A DNA stretch of 64,000 nucleotides, from assembly GCA_963726455.1 (NCBI GenBank), contig CAVSCK010000004.1, positions 1,120,001 to 1,184,000 on the forward strand, in the 5' to 3' direction. Below are positions 30,230 to 38,682 of this stretch, piece after piece. The notes below the pieces were generated by a model. It was not told the origin of the DNA. It saw only the letters and a program-made list of their open reading frames with translations, and did not search any database. Origin of the DNA: an uncultured bacterium. Lineage in GTDB: Bacteria; Zixibacteria; MSB-5A5; CAIYYT01. The position numbers and the translations under genes were made by a program. Positions within the stretch are counted from its first letter, which is position 1. Each line of letters begins with the position of its first letter.

Positions 30230-30397
30230 ATGCCCCCGAAGAAACGCTCACGTCGCGAGAGTGTGGTAACGAGCAAACTGTGGGTTCCTTACCGCCTGCA
30301 GTCTCTCACCACCGAACGATTCATCATCATCACCAACAAAATCTTGCAGGGAGAACATATGCTGATTCATCTCCCCAAGGTTTCGGAAATGCCATAG
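30230..30397 (+). CDS. Putative 55-aa small basic protein
   Basis: AGGAG RBS 5 nt before the ATG; MPPKKRSRRESVVTSKLWVPYRLQSL...; convergent with pfkA. Confidence 0.45.
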   Translation: MPPKKRSRRESVVTSKLWVPYRLQSLTTERFIIITNKILQGEHMLIHLPKVSEMP

Positions 30398-30425
30398 GAG
30401 GAAAGTAAGCTAGCTGATATTGAAG

Positions 30426-31523
30426 CTATCTGCCGAACGATATACCTAGAGATTCTGCTGCCCTGACTGCTTCGCCATCCGGGTCGACGGCCTTAAAGCC
30501 CCCGATCGCGTCTGCAATCGGAATGCTCGAAATACAACCGCCCCGGTAGCAGACCATGTGGCCGAATTTCTCATCCTTGACCAGGTCAATCGCGGCCTTG
30601 CCAAATCGGGTAGCCACGTAGCGATCGAACGAACAGGGTGAACCACCTCTTTGCAGGTGTCCCAATACCGTGACTCGGGTTTCCATTCCCACCCTCTCTT
30701 CAATCTCCTTGGCTATCGCGATACCGACCCCTCCAAGCTTGGCGTGTATTGTCCCCTTCATTTCAGGATTTATAAGCGTAACTTCGCCATCCTTGGGATA
30801 GGCGCCTTCCGCAACAACTACTATCGCGAAATTCGAACCCCTGCTTCGCCGGGCATGTAACTTGGCACAAATCTTGTCCATGTCGTACGGCACTTCGGGT
30901 ATCAGAATTACGTCTGCTCCGCCCGCAATTCCCGACTCCAGCGCAATCCATCCGACATACCGTCCCATGACCTCCATCACCATTACCCGATGATGGCTGC
31001 TTGCCGTGGTGTGCAATTTGTCGATGGCTTCGGTCGCAGTCACGACTGCCGTCGCAAAGCCGAATGTCACCTCGGTCGCCATCAGGTCATTGTCGATAGT
31101 CTTGGGCACCCCAACTATCTTGACGCCGTATTTGTCCATGAACATCTTCGACACAGACATTGTGCCGTCGCCGCCGATCACAATGAGCGCATCCAACCCG
31201 AGTCCTTTTATTGTCTGAAACACTTTTTCGGAGCGGTCAACTATTTTCACTTCATTGCCTTCTTTGACCCGCCACTCAAAGGGATTGCCGCGATTGGAAG
31301 TGCCAAGAATCGTCCCGCCTTGTGGCAGAATTCCTTTTACTGACTGCGGTGTCAGGTTGATATATCTTTCATCCATCAACCCTTCATATCCGTCCAGAAA
31401 ACCTACCAACACCCAGCCGTACTCATAGCTGGCCGACAGCACCGCCGCTCTGATTACTGCGTTCAGTCCCGGACAGTCACCGCCACCCGTCAATAAGCCG
31501 ATTGTCTTGATACCTGACGTCAA
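30426..31523 (-). CDS. pfkA: 6-phosphofructokinase
   Basis: TGGGDCPGLNAVIR, GGTILGT, IGGDGT, PKTIDND, EVMGR, LGHLQRGG. Confidence 0.96.
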   Translation of the reverse strand: MTSGIKTIGLLTGGGDCPGLNAVIRAAVLSASYEYGWVLVGFLDGYEGLMDERYINLTPQSVKGILPQGGTILGTSNRGNPFEWRVKEGNEVKIVDRSEKVFQTIKGLGLDALIVIGGDGTMSVSKMFMDKYGVKIVGVPKTIDNDLMATEVTFGFATAVVTATEAIDKLHTTASSHHRVMVMEVMGRYVGWIALESGIAGGADVILIPEVPYDMDKICAKLHARRSRGSNFAIVVVAEGAYPKDGEVTLINPEMKGTIHAKLGGVGIAIAKEIEERVGMETRVTVLGHLQRGGSPCSFDRYVATRFGKAAIDLVKDEKFGHMVCYRGGCISSIPIADAIGGFKAVDPDGEAVRAAESLGISFGR

Positions 31524-32083
31524 TTACCGCTCCCTTGCCTTCGATGCTCATATACCTTATCGACAATTTTCGACACCTGCTCAGATGAAATACCGTAGGC
31601 CTTTCCCAGCTCCGAGAGAATTTCTGACTTGGCTTGCTCAAGATCCTTTGCCCGGATCACCGAGGGCAGCGAAAGGCGCTTCTGCACATACTTGCGGTAG
31701 AGCACCAGTTCGTCGGGAGTCGGTTCTGCTGCGGAATCATTTGCTGCCGCCGCAAGGTCGCCGCGACTCTCAGCCGGCGCCGATGTCGGCTCTGCCACTT
31801 TTTCGGGCACGACTACAGCTTGAGTGGCCGGTGTATCATTGGTCACCACGGCCACCTGCGGTTCCCCTTCCTCCGCTTTCGAAGGCGAGAATGCCTTGGC
31901 CTCGCCCATCCTGGCTCTAAGTTCCTGCTCCAGACTGTCGATTTCCGTCCTCAATGCCGCCGATTTCTGCTTCCATTTGGCGTCCTCTTCCAACGACTGG
32001 AGGTAGCTCTTGGTGAAGCTAAATCCCAGAATCAGCACGACCAGAACGAAACCGAATAGTATGTAACTTCGTTTCATATTCAT
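31520..32083 (-). CDS. Hypothetical membrane-anchored protein (TM, coiled coil, low-complexity linker, small helical domain)
   Basis: N-terminal TM YILFGFVLVVLILGFSF; stop overlaps the pfkA start. Confidence 0.7.
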   Translation of the reverse strand: MNMKRSYILFGFVLVVLILGFSFTKSYLQSLEEDAKWKQKSAALRTEIDSLEQELRARMGEAKAFSPSKAEEGEPQVAVVTNDTPATQAVVVPEKVAEPTSAPAESRGDLAAAANDSAAEPTPDELVLYRKYVQKRLSLPSVIRAKDLEQAKSEILSELGKAYGISSEQVSKIVDKVYEHRRQGSGN

Positions 32084-32196
32084 TTCCTCACTCGAAAAAA
32101 TCTGCCTCTTTTCCCACACCATGTCAACTAAAAGCTGTCAACTCACGCGCAACGCTAAACGACTGCAACAGCATGGCGCTACGAGCCGTAAACTTC

Positions 32197-32225
32197 TTGA
32201 CAAGGCAAATGGGAAAAAATACCTT
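32197..32225 (+). promoter_or_regulatory. Sigma70-type promoter of the Mg2+ transport operon
   Basis: TTGACA-N17-TACCTT; predicted transcription start near 32232. Confidence 0.65.
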
Positions 32226-32236
32226 CCCTGCCTATT

Positions 32237-32344
32237 ATCCTGGCCTTCGGGAGTTGGCACGATATGTCGGCGACAAGTAACATCGTGCCTTTATTCTGCG
32301 AAGTCTGCAATCGGCCAAGATTAACTTATCTAGTCCGGGGTTGA
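32237..32344 (+). promoter_or_regulatory. Structured 5' leader (candidate riboswitch/attenuator) overlapping a 26-aa CxxC uORF (32264..32344)
   Basis: Stems TGGCC/GGCCA and GGCACGAT/ATCGTGCC; uORF MSATSNIVPLFCEVCNRPRLTYLVRG with its TGA 1 nt before the NRAMP ATG. Confidence 0.5.
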
Positions 32345-32345
32345 G

Positions 32346-33656
32346 ATGTACTGGATCAGCAAGAGCATACATCGGCTCGACCGCCTCAATCGTCGCATGG
32401 TGATACTTTTCGCCGTGCTTGGCCCGGGCATTATCACCATGATCGCCGACAACGACGCCGGCGGCATCTCCACCTACGCTGTCACCGGATCGAAATACGG
32501 TTTCAATCTGCTCTGGGTGTTTTTCATCCTGATCCCCATGGCCTACTATATACAGGAAATGACGGTCCGTCTCGGCGCCGTCACCAAGCGTGGCCATGCT
32601 GAGGCCATCTTCGACGGATTCGGAAAATTCTGGGGCTGGTTTTCTATCTTCGATCTCGGCATCGTCAACTGGCTCACTCTAATCACGGAATATATAGGCA
32701 TGACCGCCGCCATGAGTATGTTCGGCGTGCCGCCACTCGTAACCTGCATTGGCGTAACAGCAATCCTCATGGCCGTCGTCATGACCGGCCGCTATTGGAC
32801 GTTCGAGAAGATCACCTTGGCGTTCTGCATTTTCAATCTGGTCTATATCCCTGCCGCTATCTGGGCTATGCAAACTCCCACAGCTCCCGGCTGGGGCGCC
32901 GTTGCCGAAGGATTCTATTGGCCGCAGTTTCCGCAGGGAATTACGGGCGACCTGCTCTTCATCATTATGGCCAATATTGGCACCACGATTACCCCCTGGC
33001 AGATATTTTTCCAGCAAAGCGCCGTCGTCGACAAGGGACTTGATATCCATGACGTCAAATTCGGCAAGATCGACACCTTCGCCGGTTCGTTTTTTACCGG
33101 CGTGGTAGCAATCTTTATCATTATTGCCACCGGCGCCGCGTTCTTTTACCATCATCCACCAATTATCGTGCAGGATGCCTCACAGACCGCCAATGCGCTC
33201 GTGCCTTTGCTTCCCGGCCGGGAAGGCAATTGGGCCAGAATCTTATTTGCCATCGGCCTTTTTGACGCCGGGTTCCTGGGCGCACTCTGCATCTCGCTGT
33301 CGACTTCCTGGGCGGTTGGCGAGGTTTTCGGCTGGGCGCACTCGCTTAACAAAAGCGTTAAGGATGCCCCCTGGTTTTACGTGATCTATCTGCTGACACT
33401 CGGCACAGCGGCAGCAGTCGTTCTCATTCCGGGCGCGCCCCTGATAACTATTACAATGTTTGTCCAAGTGGTCGCGGTAACGCTCTTGCCTGCCGCACTG
33501 ATGTTTCTTATTCTGTTGTTGAATGACGAGCAATTGATGGGTGAGCACGTCAACACCAGATTTCAGAATATCGTGAATTGGAGCATCGTGATTTTTGTGA
33601 TTGCCATGTCAACATTGTTTGCGGTTTCGGTCTTATTTCCACAGATGTTCGGGTAG
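32346..33656 (+). CDS. NRAMP-family divalent cation transporter, Mg2+-type (NRMT-like)
   Basis: GPGIITMIADNDAGGISTY, QEMTVRLG, IGTTITPWQIFFQQSAVVDKG; lacks the TM6 Met of Mn2+ NRAMPs (GATIMPH). Confidence 0.9.
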   Translation: MYWISKSIHRLDRLNRRMVILFAVLGPGIITMIADNDAGGISTYAVTGSKYGFNLLWVFFILIPMAYYIQEMTVRLGAVTKRGHAEAIFDGFGKFWGWFSIFDLGIVNWLTLITEYIGMTAAMSMFGVPPLVTCIGVTAILMAVVMTGRYWTFEKITLAFCIFNLVYIPAAIWAMQTPTAPGWGAVAEGFYWPQFPQGITGDLLFIIMANIGTTITPWQIFFQQSAVVDKGLDIHDVKFGKIDTFAGSFFTGVVAIFIIIATGAAFFYHHPPIIVQDASQTANALVPLLPGREGNWARILFAIGLFDAGFLGALCISLSTSWAVGEVFGWAHSLNKSVKDAPWFYVIYLLTLGTAAAVVLIPGAPLITITMFVQVVAVTLLPAALMFLILLLNDEQLMGEHVNTRFQNIVNWSIVIFVIAMSTLFAVSVLFPQMFG

Positions 33657-33665
33657 GGTAATATC

Positions 33666-34958
33666 ATGAGCCAGCCGCGATCAAATCAGCCAGTCTCCCC
33701 CGACCCCCGTTTCGGCAGCAAGGACTTTCGCTTCTTGTTCTTCTCCGAATTGCTCAAGCGCCCGGTCTGCGCCGGCAAGATCACCAATCGCCTGGGCAAG
33801 CTTACCGATCTCGTATTCAAACTAAGCGAACATTATCCCGAGGCGGTCGGAATCTACATCGAACATGGCTGGGGCAAACCAACTGAGTTCATACCCTGGG
33901 ACAAGGTCATCAAGATAGAAAACGACGCCATCTTTGTTCACCCGCCCGACGGCGAACAATACCCTCCGTTTGTCGATCAGGTCGGCTGGACTCTGCTCAA
34001 CGACCACCTGATGGGACGCACGATCCTGGACATGGATGGCCGCAAGATCGAGGTTGTGAACGACGTCCACCTGCTGGAATCGCGCGGACGCATGATCATC
34101 GTTCATGTCGACACCTCCTTCAATGGTTTTCTCCGCAAGGTCGGGTTGGGAAAAATCCACTGGATTCGTGACCGCTTCATCTCCTGGAAATATGTCCAGC
34201 CGCTGTCTCTGGAAGATGTTTCCATGACAGACGCCGTAACTCTCTCCATCACTCGCAGCATGGTCAAAGACCTTCCGAGCGAGGATCTCGCCGACGCTTT
34301 AGAAGAACTCTCCGGCCAGGAGCAGCAGGCCTTCTTCTCGGCTTTGGATTCTGAGACCGCAGCAGACGCTCTGGTCGAGGCAGAACCACGCGTACAGCGC
34401 CAGATTATTGCCAATCTGCGACAGGAGCGTGCCCGCAAGATTCTTTCGGAAATGTCAGTGGCGCAACTGGCAGACTTATTCACCGTGCTCCCCCGCGACC
34501 ACATGATGGGCTTGATGTCCCTACTTTCCAAGGAAGACGCCGATCGCATCGAGGCCATCCTTTCCGAGCGCGAAAGCACCGCGTCCGCGCTCATGTCTAC
34601 CGAGTGTGTCACGGCTGTCGTGTCGGACCGCGTCGGCGACGTTCTGAGCACCCTGCGCAAGTCGGGCCGCGAACACGAGGAAGTCTCTTACATCTATGTC
34701 ATTAATGAGCCGGACAAACTCCTGATCGGAGTGGTTGACCTGCGCGAGCTTGTGTTAGCCAATGATGACGCCTCTATGGGCAGCATTATGACCTCGCCAG
34801 TGGTGGCTGCCGAGGCCGACGATAACCGCGAGGATCTCGCCGACATCTTCGCCAAATATCACTACCGCATGATCCCGGTTGTCTCCGAAGACCATTTGAT
34901 CGGCGTTATCCATTATAACCACATTATGAAGGGCCTGGTCACCCGGGCCAAGACGTGA
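33666..34958 (+). CDS. Soluble MgtE N-terminal/CBS domain protein with PRC-barrel-like N-terminus
   Basis: ILDMDGRKIEVVNDV, DLADALEEL, YIYVI..LIGVVDLRELV, YHYRMIPVV; no MgtE membrane domain. Confidence 0.87.
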   Translation: MSQPRSNQPVSPDPRFGSKDFRFLFFSELLKRPVCAGKITNRLGKLTDLVFKLSEHYPEAVGIYIEHGWGKPTEFIPWDKVIKIENDAIFVHPPDGEQYPPFVDQVGWTLLNDHLMGRTILDMDGRKIEVVNDVHLLESRGRMIIVHVDTSFNGFLRKVGLGKIHWIRDRFISWKYVQPLSLEDVSMTDAVTLSITRSMVKDLPSEDLADALEELSGQEQQAFFSALDSETAADALVEAEPRVQRQIIANLRQERARKILSEMSVAQLADLFTVLPRDHMMGLMSLLSKEDADRIEAILSERESTASALMSTECVTAVVSDRVGDVLSTLRKSGREHEEVSYIYVINEPDKLLIGVVDLRELVLANDDASMGSIMTSPVVAAEADDNREDLADIFAKYHYRMIPVVSEDHLIGVIHYNHIMKGLVTRAKT

Positions 34959-34966
34959 GTTGAACC

Positions 34967-35077
34967 ATGCCACGTGTCAAGACGACCAAAGGTGTTAGGA
35001 TCGCACTGTTCTTTTTGCGCATCTACCTGCTTGTGATGCTGGCGTTGATCCTGGTCAAGTTCCTGCGCGTCTTCTGA
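34967..35077 (+). CDS. 36-aa single-TM membrane peptide
   Basis: Below the ORF-track cutoff: MPRVKTTKGVRIALFFLRIYLLVMLALILVKFLRVF, starting 8 nt after the CBS gene stop. Confidence 0.7.
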   Translation: MPRVKTTKGVRIALFFLRIYLLVMLALILVKFLRVF

Positions 35078-35307
35078 TTTCGTCCGCGGCTTTGTTCCCG
35101 CAAATTGCCAGATTATTCCGACACATTAGCGCTTGTCCCCGCGCTTGAAACCTATTAAACTGTTGTCGCGTCGTGGAGTCGTGTTTCTGTTCGTCATTGC
35201 GAGGTACGTGGGGTGGTCAGGTGGTGTGATGGGAACGATCGAGCAATCTCAATGTGCGACAACTCGGAACGCTAGACGTCAATGTCGTTGGTGAAAGCGA
35301 GTCAATC

Positions 35308-36222
35308 TTGCAGAAGAAATTCCAGATCGTCGGCCATTCCCTGGTTGAGTCCGAGTCCGAGGCAAGTCCGGTACTCATCGAACTTTGCCCCGACGATGAC
35401 GAAAGACGCCATCTCGTCGACACCCTCAAGATTGACGAACATACTCTTTCATCCGCTCTCGATCCCGATGAACTATCACGCGTCGAATTTGAGCCGGATC
35501 ATGTTGCACTCATTTACAAGCGCCCGCGCAGCTATAAAGCCGACGACCAGTTCCTGTTCAAGGTTGCATCGGTGGGCGCATTTCTCTTCAAAGACAAGTT
35601 AATCGTGGTGGTCGGAGAGGACGTCCCACTGGCGGATGGCCTCAAATCTGTCCACACTGGCACCCCCCGCGAGTTGGTACTTCGGCTGATTCTGCGCTCG
35701 ATACTACATTATCGTGAACACCTGAAGATCATGTCGGCTATTGCGGACGACCTTCAGGACAAGATTGCCAAGTCGATGGAAAATCGCCATCTGCTCAATC
35801 TCTTCACGCTGCAGAAGAGTCTCGTGTTCTATCTCGAATCACTGACTTCCAATACGGCGCTGCTGGACAAACTTAAGCTCAATGCCGTCAAGATCGGTTT
35901 CAGCACCGATGAAATTGAACTGCTTGACGACATCACCATCGAAAACGCGCAGTGTTTCAAGCAGGCCGAAATCTATTCCAACATTTTTGCCGGTTTGATG
36001 GACGCCCGCGCTTCTGTCGTCAGCAACAACCTCAACGTTCTGATGAAGACCCTCAACATCATCACGATCGCCATTATGGTGCCCACTTTTGTCGTCAGCG
36101 CGTTTTCGATGAACGTCCACATTCCCCTTCAGGAACACCCCTTTGCCTTCTTCATCATCATGGGTCTGGCGCTGCTATCCGTCGTGACCTTCCTCTCGTT
36201 CTGGCGCTTCCGCCGCTGGTAA
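35308..36222 (+). CDS. CorA-family magnesium transporter
   Basis: ALDPDELSRVE, LQKSLVFY, SVVSNNLNVLMKTL, TM1 ending AFSMNV (GMN variant), TM2. Probable TTG start at 35308 (the track uses 35254). Confidence 0.9.
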   Translation: MQKKFQIVGHSLVESESEASPVLIELCPDDDERRHLVDTLKIDEHTLSSALDPDELSRVEFEPDHVALIYKRPRSYKADDQFLFKVASVGAFLFKDKLIVVVGEDVPLADGLKSVHTGTPRELVLRLILRSILHYREHLKIMSAIADDLQDKIAKSMENRHLLNLFTLQKSLVFYLESLTSNTALLDKLKLNAVKIGFSTDEIELLDDITIENAQCFKQAEIYSNIFAGLMDARASVVSNNLNVLMKTLNIITIAIMVPTFVVSAFSMNVHIPLQEHPFAFFIIMGLALLSVVTFLSFWRFRRW

Positions 36223-36343
36223 TCAGGCCTCATTTCGCGCAAGACCACACTGCTTTCGACACAAAATACTTGACATTTGGGGCCACAAATACTTACTTGT
36301 AATTACCAGATAACTCAACCTTACCCTGTTCAGGAGTGCGCCC

Positions 36344-38590
36344 ATGAAGTCGTTTCTCTCGATTCTGCTTCTCTCCGTCGCATTCGCGTTGCTGGGTTTG
36401 ATCACGGCCTTCGCTTCCGAGCACTCCGAACTTTATGAGTACCCGTTGCCGGCCGGCTCCTCCGGCGATCATAGTCGCTTCATTCCTGGACTTTCGCTGG
36501 TAGACCAGATGAATCCAGCATCTTCAGGGTCGCGCAGCGGACCGAATCACGTACGGACTAGCTATATAGGAAGCACACTCTGGACCGGAATGGAGGACGT
36601 GGCCGTCGACAGCAATTATGCCTATTGCGGGCTGCTAAATGGTCTAATGATCATCGATATCTCCGATATTCCGAACCCGACTCTTCTGTCACAGCTCGAC
36701 TTACCCGATGGCGAGGTCAGAGGTGTGACGAAATCCGGAAACCAGTTGTACGTGGCCGATGGAACGGGAGGTCTGAAGATCGTAGACGTCAGCAATCCTG
36801 CTGTTCCCCAGCTTCTCGGGTCCGTCGACGAACCTTGGGGTGGGTATGCCTCCGATATCGAAATCTCCGGTACTATCGCTTATCTCGCCAATGGATACGA
36901 CGGGCTGATAGTCGTTGACGTCGGCAATCCTGCGACCCCGGTGACGGTCGGCCGGTATGATACTCCCGACTTCGCATGGAGCGTCAAAATTTCGGGGAAT
37001 CAAGCTTTCGTGGCCGATAGATATGGTGGAATGCTGATAATTGATATCTCCACTCCCTCGTTACCGGTTCTCCTCGGCTCGACTATCGCAGGCGTAGAGA
37101 CCTACTATAGTGGCTACATTGGAGTGGGCGTGCGAGGCAACTTTGCCTATGCGGCCTGCGGTGACACCTGCCGAGTGTTTGATGTTTCGAATCCATCGTC
37201 GCCGACACAGGTCGCTTATTTGCCTTACGGTGATTTCTTCAGCGACTTTGCGTTTCGAGACGTCTACCAGGACGAGTGGCATGCGGTCTTACTCTACACC
37301 GTCGGCGAATATGAGTACAACATCTACGACGTCACGGACCCTCTCAATCCCTTCGTGAGTAATCTCGGATACGGCCCGAACAATGATTGTTTCTATCACT
37401 TGGCTCTAACGCCGGAGTACAAATTCATTCCATGCGATTTCAGCGGTCTGTGGATCCTTCCCGGCGCGTATTTTGAAGACGCGGTGGGAACATACCATAT
37501 ACCGGGCTATATACGCGACATCGACGTGCAGGGAACCCGCATGTATGTGCTCAGTCCGGATGAGGGAGCAGTCAGGATTCTGGATGTCTCCAATCCGACG
37601 GCTCCGAATCTCCTTGGTGCGTTTCAGCTGACCGGTCCTTACATGGATATTGAACGCTACGCGTTCAGCGCCGACAAGATGTGTCTGGTTCGACATGATG
37701 GGATCCGTGACACCTTGGTGATCGTTGACGCTAGCAACCCCGGAAATATGCCCTATTATCCTTATCCAGTATCGGACTATCTGGCGGCCGTGGCAATCAA
37801 AGGAAACCGGCTCTATTTGTCAGAGTATTCAACTTCGCGTTTCCGAATTATGGACATTAGTGATCTGGAAGCGATGACCGAGATCTGCCGTTTTCAGAGC
37901 GCAGGCAGCTACAGCATGTGTTTCACTGTAGAAAATGATCTGACCTACCTCTGTACATCTCTGGGACTGGAGATCCTGAACACCAGCGACCCGTCGAATA
38001 TCGTTCAGGTCGGGACCTGTCCGATCCTCCTGGACATCCCCTGGGAAATAAAGATCCGCGACGGGAGGGCCTACATTGTAGGCTACGGCGGCTGCCAGGT
38101 GGTGGACGTGAGTAATCCGGCATCGCCGGTCACGCTCGCCGTAAGGGCTGAGCCTTTTATGCCCGGAACAATAGACATAAGTTCGGACGGCAACTTCGCT
38201 TACTTATGCGAGTACGGCAGTCAAGGCCTCGGCATTTACAGTACCAGGAGCGCTGTTCCCATGAATCTGGCCGGTCGGTACAAGCCAAGAGGCTTTGCCA
38301 CGCGGGCAATACCGATTGGTGATCTTCTGTACGTGTCCGAAGAGTATTCTGTGACGATCCTGCAGCCTGAAATGTCGACGTGCGGTGATCCGAATGGCGA
38401 CGGGGGAATCGACATCTCGGACCCTGTCTATCTGATATCTTATATCTTTGCCGGCGGACCGGCTCCCGTTGCCGGAGAAAACAGTGATGTCGACTGCAGC
38501 GGATCTATCGACATTTCTGATGTAGTTTTCTTGATCGGCTTTATATTTGGCACCGGCCTTCAGCCCTGCGCTGCCTGTAAGAGTAGCTGA
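36344..38590 (+). CDS. Secreted LVIVD-repeat protein with C-terminal dockerin-like domain
   Basis: Signal peptide; repeated AYxADGxxGLxIVDVSNPxxP; C-terminal CGDPNGDGGIDISDPVYLISYIF...DVDCSGSIDISDVVFLI. Confidence 0.9.
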   Translation: MKSFLSILLLSVAFALLGLITAFASEHSELYEYPLPAGSSGDHSRFIPGLSLVDQMNPASSGSRSGPNHVRTSYIGSTLWTGMEDVAVDSNYAYCGLLNGLMIIDISDIPNPTLLSQLDLPDGEVRGVTKSGNQLYVADGTGGLKIVDVSNPAVPQLLGSVDEPWGGYASDIEISGTIAYLANGYDGLIVVDVGNPATPVTVGRYDTPDFAWSVKISGNQAFVADRYGGMLIIDISTPSLPVLLGSTIAGVETYYSGYIGVGVRGNFAYAACGDTCRVFDVSNPSSPTQVAYLPYGDFFSDFAFRDVYQDEWHAVLLYTVGEYEYNIYDVTDPLNPFVSNLGYGPNNDCFYHLALTPEYKFIPCDFSGLWILPGAYFEDAVGTYHIPGYIRDIDVQGTRMYVLSPDEGAVRILDVSNPTAPNLLGAFQLTGPYMDIERYAFSADKMCLVRHDGIRDTLVIVDASNPGNMPYYPYPVSDYLAAVAIKGNRLYLSEYSTSRFRIMDISDLEAMTEICRFQSAGSYSMCFTVENDLTYLCTSLGLEILNTSDPSNIVQVGTCPILLDIPWEIKIRDGRAYIVGYGGCQVVDVSNPASPVTLAVRAEPFMPGTIDISSDGNFAYLCEYGSQGLGIYSTRSAVPMNLAGRYKPRGFATRAIPIGDLLYVSEEYSVTILQPEMSTCGDPNGDGGIDISDPVYLISYIFAGGPAPVAGENSDVDCSGSIDISDVVFLIGFIFGTGLQPCAACKSS

Positions 38591-38682
38591 TACGAAACTG
38601 TGTGTTTGCGGAGCACAGAGGTAACTGAGTAGTCTGCCTATTGCAACTTTAAGGTAATTACACCGCCGGCAGGAGGAAACCT

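Noticed and set aside
29428-30420. Integrative element at the tRNA genes
   Set aside because: No integrase, and I saw no duplicated tRNA 3' end in the window.
32237-32344. M-box (ykoK) or yybP-ykoY riboswitch call
   Set aside because: Too short for an M-box and lacks its AGGTGAGGCT/TGCTAAAGC motifs; has GGGAG but not the GGGGAGTA...CGAGAC arrangement of yybP-ykoY. Kept as an unknown leader.
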